Assembly (NCBI RefSeq): GCF_004102945.1
Contig: NZ_CP019384.1
Location: 1,860,001-1,892,000 of the forward strand
From: Candidatus Velamenicoccus archaeovorus
GTDB lineage: Bacteria > Omnitrophota > Gorgyraeia > Velamenicoccales > Velamenicoccaceae
Direction: 5' to 3'
DNA length: 32,000 nucleotides
Part shown: in pieces, positions 24,992 through 32,000 of the stretch
How the letters are laid out: each line of letters begins with the position of its first letter
Numbering within the stretch: position 1 is the first letter of the stretch
Position numbers and translations under genes: made by a program
The notes under the pieces: generated by a model
Told to the model about the DNA's origin: nothing
What the model saw: only the letters and a program-made list of their open reading frames with translations
Databases searched by the model: none

Positions 24992-25339
24992 ATGAAAGGG
25001 GGTGACAAACACATGACTGCAGAACAGAAAAAGAAAGACAAGGAGTTTTTGCATAAGCTTCATGCCAAGCATTACGGCAAGAAGAAATCAGAAGCTCAAA
25101 AAACCAAAGCGCCGGTTACCGGCGAGCCATCCGCCAAGGAGCCGACGCGCAACGAGCTGATGCTCTTGGCAAAAGATCGCGGCATTAAAAACTTCCGGGT
25201 AATCAACAAAGAAGAATTGGTTGATATCCTTAAGGAAGGTACAACCCAAGAACGCATCAACGAAATCGTTTCAGGGGCAGTAACCAGATGGAAAGCCGGT
25301 TGGGGAAAAGGCAAAAACAAAAAAGACGTTCAGGCATAA
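24992..25339 (+). CDS. Lys-rich small protein with Rho-N/SAP-like helix-extended-helix motif
   Basis: The segment 'TRNELMLLAKDRGIKNFRVINKEELVDILK' matches the Rho N-terminal/SAP pattern. There are two possible in-frame starts, 24992 and 25013, each behind GGGGTGA. Confidence 0.55.
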   Translation: MKGGDKHMTAEQKKKDKEFLHKLHAKHYGKKKSEAQKTKAPVTGEPSAKEPTRNELMLLAKDRGIKNFRVINKEELVDILKEGTTQERINEIVSGAVTRWKAGWGKGKNKKDVQA

Positions 25340-25348
25340 AATATCTTT

Positions 25349-25386
25349 CATCCGCCGTGTAAATGCATTTATTTACACGGCGGATG
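25349..25386. repeat. perfect 16-bp inverted repeat with 6-nt centre, 24 bp upstream of the recombinase start
   Basis: CATCCGCCGTGTAAAT-GCATTT-ATTTACACGGCGGATG. No U-tract follows on either strand. Confidence 0.8.
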
Positions 25387-25410
25387 CCTGAAACAGAACA
25401 TACATAATTA

Positions 25411-27507
25411 ATGATTACGCCTAATACAAATACTCAAAAGAAAAAACGCTATGTCATCTATACACGTTGCTCAACGGATGATCAAGCGCAAGGCGATTTT
25501 ACCACTTTGGATGCTCAGGCTTATCACTGCAAAAACATGTTAGATGCCTTCGGATATGAATTGGCTGAAATCGGAAAAAAAGGCATAATCAAGGACGACG
25601 GTTATTCGGGAAAAGATTTGAACCGCCCCGGAATACAGTTAATCCTCACCAATGTAAAACAAAAGAAATTCGACGGCATAATATTCTTTCGGCTTGACCG
25701 GCTCACGCGTAATCCGCGCGATCTATACGCCCTCATAGATTTATTCCGAGATACCAGAATAGATTTCATTTCCGTGCGCGAAAATTTGGACAGCTCGACT
25801 GCAATCGGCCGCGTAGTTATAGGAATACTCGGACTCCTCTCCGCGTTCGAACGCGAACTGACAGGCGAACGTGTCAAAGCTTCCTGCTTGGCCAGAGTAA
25901 GACAAGGCAAATGGGTGGGCGGCAATGTCCCCTTTGGCTACAAGTTAATCGATGACGGCGATCCTTTGCCGAACGGAAGACAGCCGCATAAAATAATCGT
26001 CGACCCTGAAAACGGCACCAAATTGCGTTTCATCTGGGAAATGGCGGCTGATAACAGATCTCTTTACGATATCGCGCAAGAGTTAATCCGCAGAGGTATA
26101 AAAACACCGAGCCAAAAAGTCTGGCGTAAACAAAGCGTCGCTTGGATTATTAAAAATCCATTCCATAAAGGCTATGTCAAATACGGGAATGAAATACACA
26201 AGGGCCATCATCCGGCTATTGTCGATGAACATTTATGGGAAAAGGCAAACAAAATTCTAACCGCAAAACTTCCCGGACATCGCTTTGCAAAACAACCCCA
26301 GGAATACATTTATCTCTTATCCGGCATCCTTAAGTGTGGGAAATGTGGCAGTCACTATGTCTGCGAAAGCGGTAACGGGCATTCTGAAAAATTCTTTTAC
26401 TATGTCTGCGGCAGATCGAAACAAGGATTGGGTTGTGAAGCGTCACGGTTATCTGCCAAGGGATTCGATGATGCTCTAATCGATTATTTTAAGCGTGCTT
26501 CCCGCGATCAAGATATCATCGTAAAAGCTATCGGCGATGCCATCTTGGATTCGCAAATAAAGCTGGAAAACCTCGAAAAACTCATTAAACCTCTTCAAGA
26601 AAAACTCTTATCGGTTCAAAAAGAAGCAAACAAGCTTCTCGAGCTGGCCATGAACAGCAAGGTATCGCAAGGAAAAACTTACAAAGATAAAATGGCAAAG
26701 CTGGATGAGGAAATTATCAGGCTGGAAGACGACTTGGAAAAACTACAAGCTAAGAAGAGTGTTGCCCAGATGTCTGCAAATTCGGGAGAGTTTTTACATT
26801 CTAACCTTCGATTTGCCATGCAATATCTCGATCAGGCCCCTCCTGATGCCCGAAAAGCCTTGATAAAAGCCCTTATCAAGGAAATCATCGTTTACCAAGA
26901 CTATATCGAAATAAAAATGTACATAGATCAACCGACTGTAGACAGCCTATCGTGCAGACTATCTGTTCCGGAGGCCCATAAACCGCCCCAAAATGACAAA
27001 CGCCCTGCAGGGGAAACCTGCAAGGCGCTTGTTACTGCATCGAACGCTCGATGTTCGCCTGAGCGTCAAGATTGGCTGCCCAGAGTTGTCGCCAGCCGCA
27101 CCGCACAACCTCAAGTGGTTCAATTAGTTGTGAAAATGGAGATTAGGCGAAGCAAGCGGATTTTGCTTAGTTTAGTCGATCCCCTGCCCCCAAAACCCAT
27201 CCGGTTGCCGCCGGTTTACCCCAATACCATAGTAGAAGCCTTAAAGATCAAGGCATTCATGAGCCAGGGGCCTACGATGCTGACCTGGGCACAAACCCGT
27301 AAAGCGTTAAATATCTCAGAAGCCAAGTTAGCACACCTGCTGAAAATAGTCAAGACGCTACCTCCGGACTTCGTAGAAAACATGAAATCTTGCACTGATG
27401 AAAGCATGCTAAAAATCTTCCACGGCCGAAGACTTCTGAAGATCTCCCGCCTAAAAACCGAGAAAGAACGCCGAAGCGAAATTGAACGCCTATTGCTAAA
27501 GATTTAG
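25411..27507 (+). CDS. large serine recombinase (phage integrase) with ~190-aa C-terminal extension
   Basis: Resolvase catalytic domain ('YTRCSTDDQ', 'DRLTRN'), a recombinase domain, a zinc ribbon ('CGKCGSHYVC...YYVCGRSKQGLGC') and a coiled coil. After 'EIKMYID' come 192 extra residues ending in a ParB-type HTH-like segment. Confidence 0.9.
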   Translation: MITPNTNTQKKKRYVIYTRCSTDDQAQGDFTTLDAQAYHCKNMLDAFGYELAEIGKKGIIKDDGYSGKDLNRPGIQLILTNVKQKKFDGIIFFRLDRLTRNPRDLYALIDLFRDTRIDFISVRENLDSSTAIGRVVIGILGLLSAFERELTGERVKASCLARVRQGKWVGGNVPFGYKLIDDGDPLPNGRQPHKIIVDPENGTKLRFIWEMAADNRSLYDIAQELIRRGIKTPSQKVWRKQSVAWIIKNPFHKGYVKYGNEIHKGHHPAIVDEHLWEKANKILTAKLPGHRFAKQPQEYIYLLSGILKCGKCGSHYVCESGNGHSEKFFYYVCGRSKQGLGCEASRLSAKGFDDALIDYFKRASRDQDIIVKAIGDAILDSQIKLENLEKLIKPLQEKLLSVQKEANKLLELAMNSKVSQGKTYKDKMAKLDEEIIRLEDDLEKLQAKKSVAQMSANSGEFLHSNLRFAMQYLDQAPPDARKALIKALIKEIIVYQDYIEIKMYIDQPTVDSLSCRLSVPEAHKPPQNDKRPAGETCKALVTASNARCSPERQDWLPRVVASRTAQPQVVQLVVKMEIRRSKRILLSLVDPLPPKPIRLPPVYPNTIVEALKIKAFMSQGPTMLTWAQTRKALNISEAKLAHLLKIVKTLPPDFVENMKSCTDESMLKIFHGRRLLKISRLKTEKERRSEIERLLLKI

Positions 27508-27523
27508 ACCTCAATTTCCCTTC

Positions 27524-28009
27524 TTATTTATTAGCCTCTACTCGCTTCTTAACATAGGCTGTTTGCTTCTTGTAGGAAAACAAAAAGATAACCAGTAAGG
27601 TAACCACGAGAATAAAAAGCTCCCACCCTCGGAGGATCGAAAACTTCCTTCCTAAAATTTCAACTAATTTAAGCAAAACGAGCAGCCCAAAGCATGCACA
27701 TAATGTGCGGTAAGTATTGTTGACTTCTGATAAAAGCTCAACTCCTTCATCTTTTTTTGTGGCGGCTACATAATCTTTATAATCTGCGAATTTAAGGAAT
27801 GACGTACATTTCAACAGTGGCTCAACAACAAGAGAGCCAACCCTACTAATTACCAACCCTACAAAATAGTACAAAAAGAGTCCCAAAATTACATCCTGTT
27901 GTATAAAAGAATAGTCAGTTATTGCGTCAGCCAGAACAACAAAGACAACTCCGGGAAAAAGATAATTAAATAGATTATATGAGGAAAGTTTATCAATTAT
28001 GTCTTTCAT
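27524..28009 (-). CDS. 4-TM membrane protein (third gene of the lipase-MBL-TM operon)
   Basis: 161 aa with four hydrophobic helices. RBS GGGGAGGAATAATAAATG begins 14 nt after the MBL stop. Confidence 0.65.
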   Translation of the reverse strand: MKDIIDKLSSYNLFNYLFPGVVFVVLADAITDYSFIQQDVILGLFLYYFVGLVISRVGSLVVEPLLKCTSFLKFADYKDYVAATKKDEGVELLSEVNNTYRTLCACFGLLVLLKLVEILGRKFSILRGWELFILVVTLLVIFLFSYKKQTAYVKKRVEANK

Positions 28010-28023
28010 TTATTATTCCTCCC

Positions 28024-29112
28024 CTATTCTGCAACTTCATCATAAAATGGCAATGGTTCTGCCTTGACCCAACCGCGATCCGGAGCATTGTCAAAATGAC
28101 ATTTTGTGCTTTCCTTAGTAGCAAGAACTTTAGCGCCACGTCTCATAAAAGCATTTACTACCTTTCGCGATGGGTGCTTAGGGTCTCCATCTTTTGGAGA
28201 GCTCACAAAGGCTGTTTTTAGGTGTGCTGGTTCCTGTAACTTTTCACCTACTATAGAGTCGAGCAAAGAAGGACCTATGTTATGCTTACTTCCATGATGA
28301 GGAACTTGAATAAAGTTTAGTGTTTTCAAATCGATCCCTAGGCTTACCGCCTTCTTGATTGCCCCACTTAACGCCTCAATACCAGCATCTCCAGTAAATA
28401 GAAATTTCTTCCCTTCAACTTGAAGCAATAAAATTACACTTGAGTTGTTTTCTGCGCTCGTTTCGTTTTCCTGCGGGTCAGCCAATGTTTCTAGTCCCCA
28501 GTTCTCAGCAACCCATTTGATCGCCTCTTTAACAGCAGTAACAATCCTCTCAGTTAAAGTCAAACTTTCTTTTGGTTCAGGTGTTTCCCGGAAATTAGCA
28601 AGCATAACACTATAGAAATCTTTGGTAGGGCTTAATACAACTATTTCGGCATTCCCGTCTGTAAAATCATCCGCAAAAGGCTCATAAACGCGAATATTCT
28701 TCTGCTTTGCCAATGATTCTAACTCATAGGCATCCTCTAATGCTTTTTTTAAATTAGCTTTTAAACTGGTCCCCGTAATTTTGCCGTTTTGAAACATGTT
28801 CTTTAAATCTTGGGCATGTTCCCATGGCCTATGAAGACATAGAACTCCAACTGTAAGATTGTTAATTACCTCGGTTAATCCAGAAGCATGATCTGCGTCA
28901 GGATGAGAACAGAAAACATAATCAACTTTTGCGGCTTTATAATATTTCTTGATATGTTCAATAAGGGATTTACCGGATTCCTTTGTCCCTCCGTCAATAA
29001 CCATTATTTTTTGCTCCGAACGATCCCCATGAAGGTTGCCCCATCGAATTGCAATAGCATCGCCTCCACGTTCACCCTCACCAACTGGTAAAAAATCTAT
29101 CTCAAATCCCAT
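28024..29112 (-). CDS. MBL-fold metallo-hydrolase, ComEC-C-terminal-domain-like (putative nuclease)
   Basis: Motifs 'IDFLPVGEGERGGDAIAI', 'MVIDGGT', 'CSHPDADHASG' and 'VPHHGSKHN'. A ~140-aa insertion separates the metal-binding motifs. RBS GAGGTGAATTATG begins 8 nt after the lipase stop. Confidence 0.8.
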   Translation of the reverse strand: MGFEIDFLPVGEGERGGDAIAIRWGNLHGDRSEQKIMVIDGGTKESGKSLIEHIKKYYKAAKVDYVFCSHPDADHASGLTEVINNLTVGVLCLHRPWEHAQDLKNMFQNGKITGTSLKANLKKALEDAYELESLAKQKNIRVYEPFADDFTDGNAEIVVLSPTKDFYSVMLANFRETPEPKESLTLTERIVTAVKEAIKWVAENWGLETLADPQENETSAENNSSVILLLQVEGKKFLFTGDAGIEALSGAIKKAVSLGIDLKTLNFIQVPHHGSKHNIGPSLLDSIVGEKLQEPAHLKTAFVSSPKDGDPKHPSRKVVNAFMRRGAKVLATKESTKCHFDNAPDRGWVKAEPLPFYDEVAE

Positions 29113-29120
29113 AATTCACC

Positions 29121-30038
29121 TCACAGATTGATTCGCTTTAGTGCCCAACCAGCTAATTTCTCACAATAAACATCAAGCGAATGATGTTGTACGCCTATAT
29201 CCTTCGCGATCGTCCACGATAACCAGATTAAATTTAGCGATCGCGTTAACTCGGCATATTCTGTTAACACTTTTGCATCTGCGTTTATTGACACTTTAGT
29301 CAAAAAGCGCATATCCCCATGATGCTGGTATTCAGAAAAGTTCTCAGCAAGTATTTTAACCTTATTGTTCTTTACCTTCTTCTTAATCAGCCAAAATAGG
29401 GGCAACATAATCGGCGTAAATGGTAAGAAAGGCACCACATCAAAAGAATTGATGACCCTGTAGATTGACGCCTTGATCTTATCGTCAAATTCTTCATTGC
29501 CGACTTTAGGGCTTCCAAATGTGTAGCATGCCGCCAGGTTATCTGAATTGATCTCGGACGTCGCAATTAAAGCCAATGCCCCGCCGAGAGAATGGCCGGT
29601 TACATACAATCCATAATCAGTCAAAGACTGCAGTTGCTGAGTAACATCTACTTGTATTTTTTTAAAAGCCGAAAGAAAACCTTTGTGAGTTTTGATATTA
29701 TTCTGATCCACCCGCATAGCGGCATATAAATCAGTAAATACATCAAAGAACGTTTCAAACGTCAAACCTTCAGTCTGTGTACCTCTAAATGATAGGACCG
29801 CCATCTTGTCAGGATCCCTTTTTGCCAAAAAGGCCTGCGTTCCATCTTGATTAAATGCTCTAACCAGTAAGAATCCTGCTTCTGTTAACGCGGATTTCAA
29901 CTCAGTGTCGTCTTTTTCAAAAGGCAAGTATGCCAGTTTCGACATTTTGGCCATAAGCCAAGATGTCCTATCACTATAAGCTGCTCGTTTTACCGGCGGG
30001 GATAATAATTCAGGATATTCAAAATATTTGCCGCTCAT
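29121..30038 (-). CDS. class 3 lipase family alpha/beta hydrolase (Lipase_3)
   Basis: Motifs 'LSFRGTQ', nucleophile elbow 'GHSLGGALA', 'YTFGSPKVGN', Asp motif 'INSFDVVPFLP' and C-terminal His 'QHHSLDVY'. The Ser-Asp-His triad appears intact. Confidence 0.85.
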   Translation of the reverse strand: MSGKYFEYPELLSPPVKRAAYSDRTSWLMAKMSKLAYLPFEKDDTELKSALTEAGFLLVRAFNQDGTQAFLAKRDPDKMAVLSFRGTQTEGLTFETFFDVFTDLYAAMRVDQNNIKTHKGFLSAFKKIQVDVTQQLQSLTDYGLYVTGHSLGGALALIATSEINSDNLAACYTFGSPKVGNEEFDDKIKASIYRVINSFDVVPFLPFTPIMLPLFWLIKKKVKNNKVKILAENFSEYQHHGDMRFLTKVSINADAKVLTEYAELTRSLNLIWLSWTIAKDIGVQHHSLDVYCEKLAGWALKRINL

Positions 30039-30120
30039 ATAAATCCTTCATAAAAAATGCCATAAATCCTGAATTCGATCGGGTTATGGTATATGACATG
30101 TTACTAAGCCCTAAAGGCTT

Positions 30121-30960
30121 TTAATCCAATTTACCTTCTTCTAGATCACCTGGAGGCTCAATCCCTAAAAATTCTCTATAAATCCTATCCTTATAATCTT
30201 TGCCAATTTCGTTCACGGCACTTATAAATGCCTTATATGTTCCTGTTCCGCCGATTTTTTCCCAGAACTCATCCCCGATAAGTACAACATCATCATTTTT
30301 CATATCAAACCAGCGAGCGGGGAAAGCCCATGCGTAATCAGCACGTTTGCCATAAGGGTTATACGGCAACGCATAATAGGCACCATCGACTTGTAGTGGT
30401 TGCATGCTGTAAAGCTTCAAAATTTTTTCTTTACTGACCTTCGTTTGATCGCTATTGGGCAAAGGAGCCTTTAACTCAAAAGCATATTTTTTATTACTAC
30501 GTTTATCCTCAGCATAAACATCGCAGATAACAGTCGTGGGGATAAGCTTCTCGCTCTTACCTTCTAAAATATATTGCAATTCCTTTTTCCAATCAGGACG
30601 CACCTTTTCCTTGCCTCGCCCGGAATGCTCCAGGGTATTCAAAACCTCTTGAATTCTTCGTAGCCGTTCTGAATTTACTTGTCCTTTTATTGACACACCC
30701 TGCTCACCATGTCCAAGCCCATTATTGGCCGCTACAATGGCTAATTTCTCCCAAACATTACCAAATGGAGTAACGAACCGCCTTTCGAAATGAGATCCTT
30801 TAAATATCTCATCCGGCACCAGAGCCGCATATAGCGGCTTCTCTGCTTTGTGGTCTTCTTTAATAAACGGATCCTCGACTAAAACCTTATGCATAATTCT
30901 GTCCATCATCGATTTGATGACAGACTGGATCGCCTCTTTCATTTTTTGTTTATCTGTCAT
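30121..30960 (-). CDS. type II restriction endonuclease-like protein (PD-(D/E)xK; possibly TdeIII-like)
   Basis: Candidate catalytic core 'CDVYAED...YAFELKAP'. The start ATG at 30960 overlaps the methyltransferase stop as ATGA, with a GGGAG RBS. The track start at 30972 is the alternative. The family assignment is from memory only. Confidence 0.55.
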   Translation of the reverse strand: MTDKQKMKEAIQSVIKSMMDRIMHKVLVEDPFIKEDHKAEKPLYAALVPDEIFKGSHFERRFVTPFGNVWEKLAIVAANNGLGHGEQGVSIKGQVNSERLRRIQEVLNTLEHSGRGKEKVRPDWKKELQYILEGKSEKLIPTTVICDVYAEDKRSNKKYAFELKAPLPNSDQTKVSKEKILKLYSMQPLQVDGAYYALPYNPYGKRADYAWAFPARWFDMKNDDVVLIGDEFWEKIGGTGTYKAFISAVNEIGKDYKDRIYREFLGIEPPGDLEEGKLD

Positions 30961-32000
30961 ATTTTCTCCCATATTAAAATGCTCTCATAAAAAGCGCCTT
31001 CTCGGCGGCCTGTTCGTCTATTTACATGACGATCGACTCGCCCTACAGATTTGAAGCCTACGTCTTCTGCCTTGTACAAGTTAAATTTATCGTTAACAAC
31101 GATTAGGGCAAGTCCTTTTTTAACCATAAAATCTCTGGTATGCGACAGAACATCGTTTATACCTTTAATATAATCTTTGCGAGCCTGTTCCGACTGTCCA
31201 TTTTTTGCGGGGCCGATTTCCCTCGTCTCATTATTTTGTAAACCCAATAGTTCGTAAGCATATTTGTGTTGGTCGTGATAATCAATAAGTCCCAGATAGG
31301 GCGGCGATGTAAAGATCATATCAATATTCTTCGGCAATTTTACTTCGCGGGAATCATCGTGAAAGATTACAACCGATGCTTCCGTTCGTAATTTTGCGTA
31401 TTCCTTTATTCTATCCAGCGTATCAAGAGTATACCTGTATAAAAACTTATAGGCTTCGCTTACTGGCTGACACGTTCGATTATGTTTATAACAAAAATAT
31501 GGTTCGATTTGAGGTTTTTTAGGGAAATCCAAATCATAGTGCGTCACAAGGCGAGCAGAGCGAGCAGAGCGCGATAAAATTACTTTCAATAAATCTTTAT
31601 ACGTGTATTTATCGATCAAGTCTTTAAAATACAGTAATTCGTTTTGCGTGCTCTGGGAGAACCATGTTTTGACGTATTCACTGCTGGTTGATAAACGGCC
31701 ATTACCTCCATTTTTTGGAGAAGAGGGGCCATATTTAAAAGTATATAATTTTTTCAGAATATCTCTCAATTCCGTTTCCAGTAAATCTAAATCATATTTA
31801 GCCGTCTTAACTTGAGAAAGCAAAGTGTTGAACGAAGAAATGTCTGTGCCGATTGAATCAACCCCAAGAATATTTGCCTCCACAAGGGTTGTTCCAGATC
31901 CACAAAATGGGTCGTAAACTAATTTTGGCTGATATTTCCTAAGGAAAATTTCGACTAATTGAGGAATAAATTTCCCCATATATGGATGCAGTCTATGGAC
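30957..32000 (-). CDS. N4C/N6A DNA methyltransferase (motif I then SPPY), 5'-truncated by the window edge
   Basis: Motifs 'DPFCGSGTTLVEA' (motif I) and 'IFTSPPYLGLIDY' (motif IV). The frame stays open to position 32000 ('VHRLHPY' precedes the first Met), and that segment resembles conserved methyltransferase N-terminal sequence. Confidence 0.85.
   Translation of the reverse strand, partial: VHRLHPYMGKFIPQLVEIFLRKYQPKLVYDPFCGSGTTLVEANILGVDSIGTDISSFNTLLSQVKTAKYDLDLLETELRDILKKLYTFKYGPSSPKNGGNGRLSTSSEYVKTWFSQSTQNELLYFKDLIDKYTYKDLLKVILSRSARSARLVTHYDLDFPKKPQIEPYFCYKHNRTCQPVSEAYKFLYRYTLDTLDRIKEYAKLRTEASVVIFHDDSREVKLPKNIDMIFTSPPYLGLIDYHDQHKYAYELLGLQNNETREIGPAKNGQSEQARKDYIKGINDVLSHTRDFMVKKGLALIVVNDKFNLYKAEDVGFKSVGRVDRHVNRRTGRREGAFYESILIWEKI

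Larger units (their letters stand above)
1..27507. mobile_element. lambda-like siphovirus genome segment (prophage or phage contig) with tail, head, packaging, early/regulatory and integration modules
   Basis: Unbroken minus-strand synteny from TerS and TerL through gpW, portal, protease/scaffold, decoration, MCP, connectors, major tail, G/GT, tape measure, M, L, K and I/J to the fibres, plus a large serine recombinase. The left end runs off the window. The right boundary cannot be set because I identified no att repeat. Confidence 0.85.

Noticed and set aside
24979-25009. Direct repeat GGGGTGACAAA x2, 20 bp apart, in front of the Rho-N-like gene, with GGTGACAAA again at the RBS of ORF 24589..24804. 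I considered these as operator or iteron sites.
   Set aside because: Each copy sits 6-8 nt upstream of an ATG and matches the extended Shine-Dalgarno complement (GGAGGTGA). They are most simply ribosome-binding sites for two alternative in-frame starts. A regulatory role cannot be excluded, but nothing supports one.
25349-25386. The 16-bp perfect palindrome read as a standard rho-independent terminator of the Rho-N-like gene.
   Set aside because: No U/T-run follows the stem on either strand, so it does not fit the canonical intrinsic terminator model. I kept it as a finding with alternative interpretations.
26941-27240. A possible tRNA or tmRNA-derived att remnant, or a structured RNA, inside the recombinase 3' extension (GGTTCAATT resembles a T-loop, and there are local hairpins).
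   Set aside because: I could not build a 5-bp T-stem around GGTTCAATT, or any cloverleaf. The hairpins are short. Without covariance-model searches this is not supportable.
1-32000. CRISPR arrays, tRNA or rRNA genes, IS elements and transposases.
   Set aside because: I saw no regularly spaced direct repeats, no cloverleaf-compatible segments in the few intergenic gaps and no transposase-like ORFs. The serine recombinase has phage-integrase architecture rather than IS-type.

Overview
About 27.5 kb of this window is a lambda-like siphovirus genome, either a prophage or a phage contig. It is encoded almost entirely on the minus strand and its left end runs off the window.

Gene order, reading right to left on the minus strand:
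- Early and regulatory region: small genes, an ECF-like sigma factor, a membrane protein and a wHTH replication initiator with internal iterons.
- Packaging: ParB-DNA methyltransferase fusion, small terminase, GpA-type large terminase.
- Head: zinc-ribbon ORF, gpW, lambda-family portal, protease/scaffold, decoration protein, gpE-like major capsid protein.
- Tail: connector proteins, major tail protein, G/G-T chaperones with a canonical -1 slippery site, tape measure, M-, L- and K-like proteins, and an I-J fusion.
- Distal end: small ORFs, a tail fibre, a Cys/His/Trp-rich repeat protein, a 131-aa ORF and a radical SAM/SPASM enzyme.

A plus-strand unit at 24992-27507 encodes a Lys-rich Rho-N/SAP-like protein and a 698-aa large serine recombinase with an unusual C-terminal extension.

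The right 4.5 kb is a visibly AT-richer cargo arm on the minus strand. It holds a type II R-M pair (the methyltransferase is truncated by the window edge) followed by a tight three-gene operon: Lipase_3 hydrolase, ComEC-like MBL-fold hydrolase and a 4-TM protein.

Four candidates stand out:
1. The lipase-MBL-TM operon, as a possible undescribed defence or exclusion module.
2. The rSAM/SPASM enzyme coupled to a Cys-rich tail-module protein.
3. A phage sigma factor with three copies of an ECF-style promoter, TGTGACA-N15-CGATATA.
4. A lambda-O-like origin inside the initiator gene.

All calls rest on motif recognition by eye, synteny and hand-checked start/RBS contexts. No database or HMM search was possible. 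I saw no rRNA, tRNA or CRISPR array.
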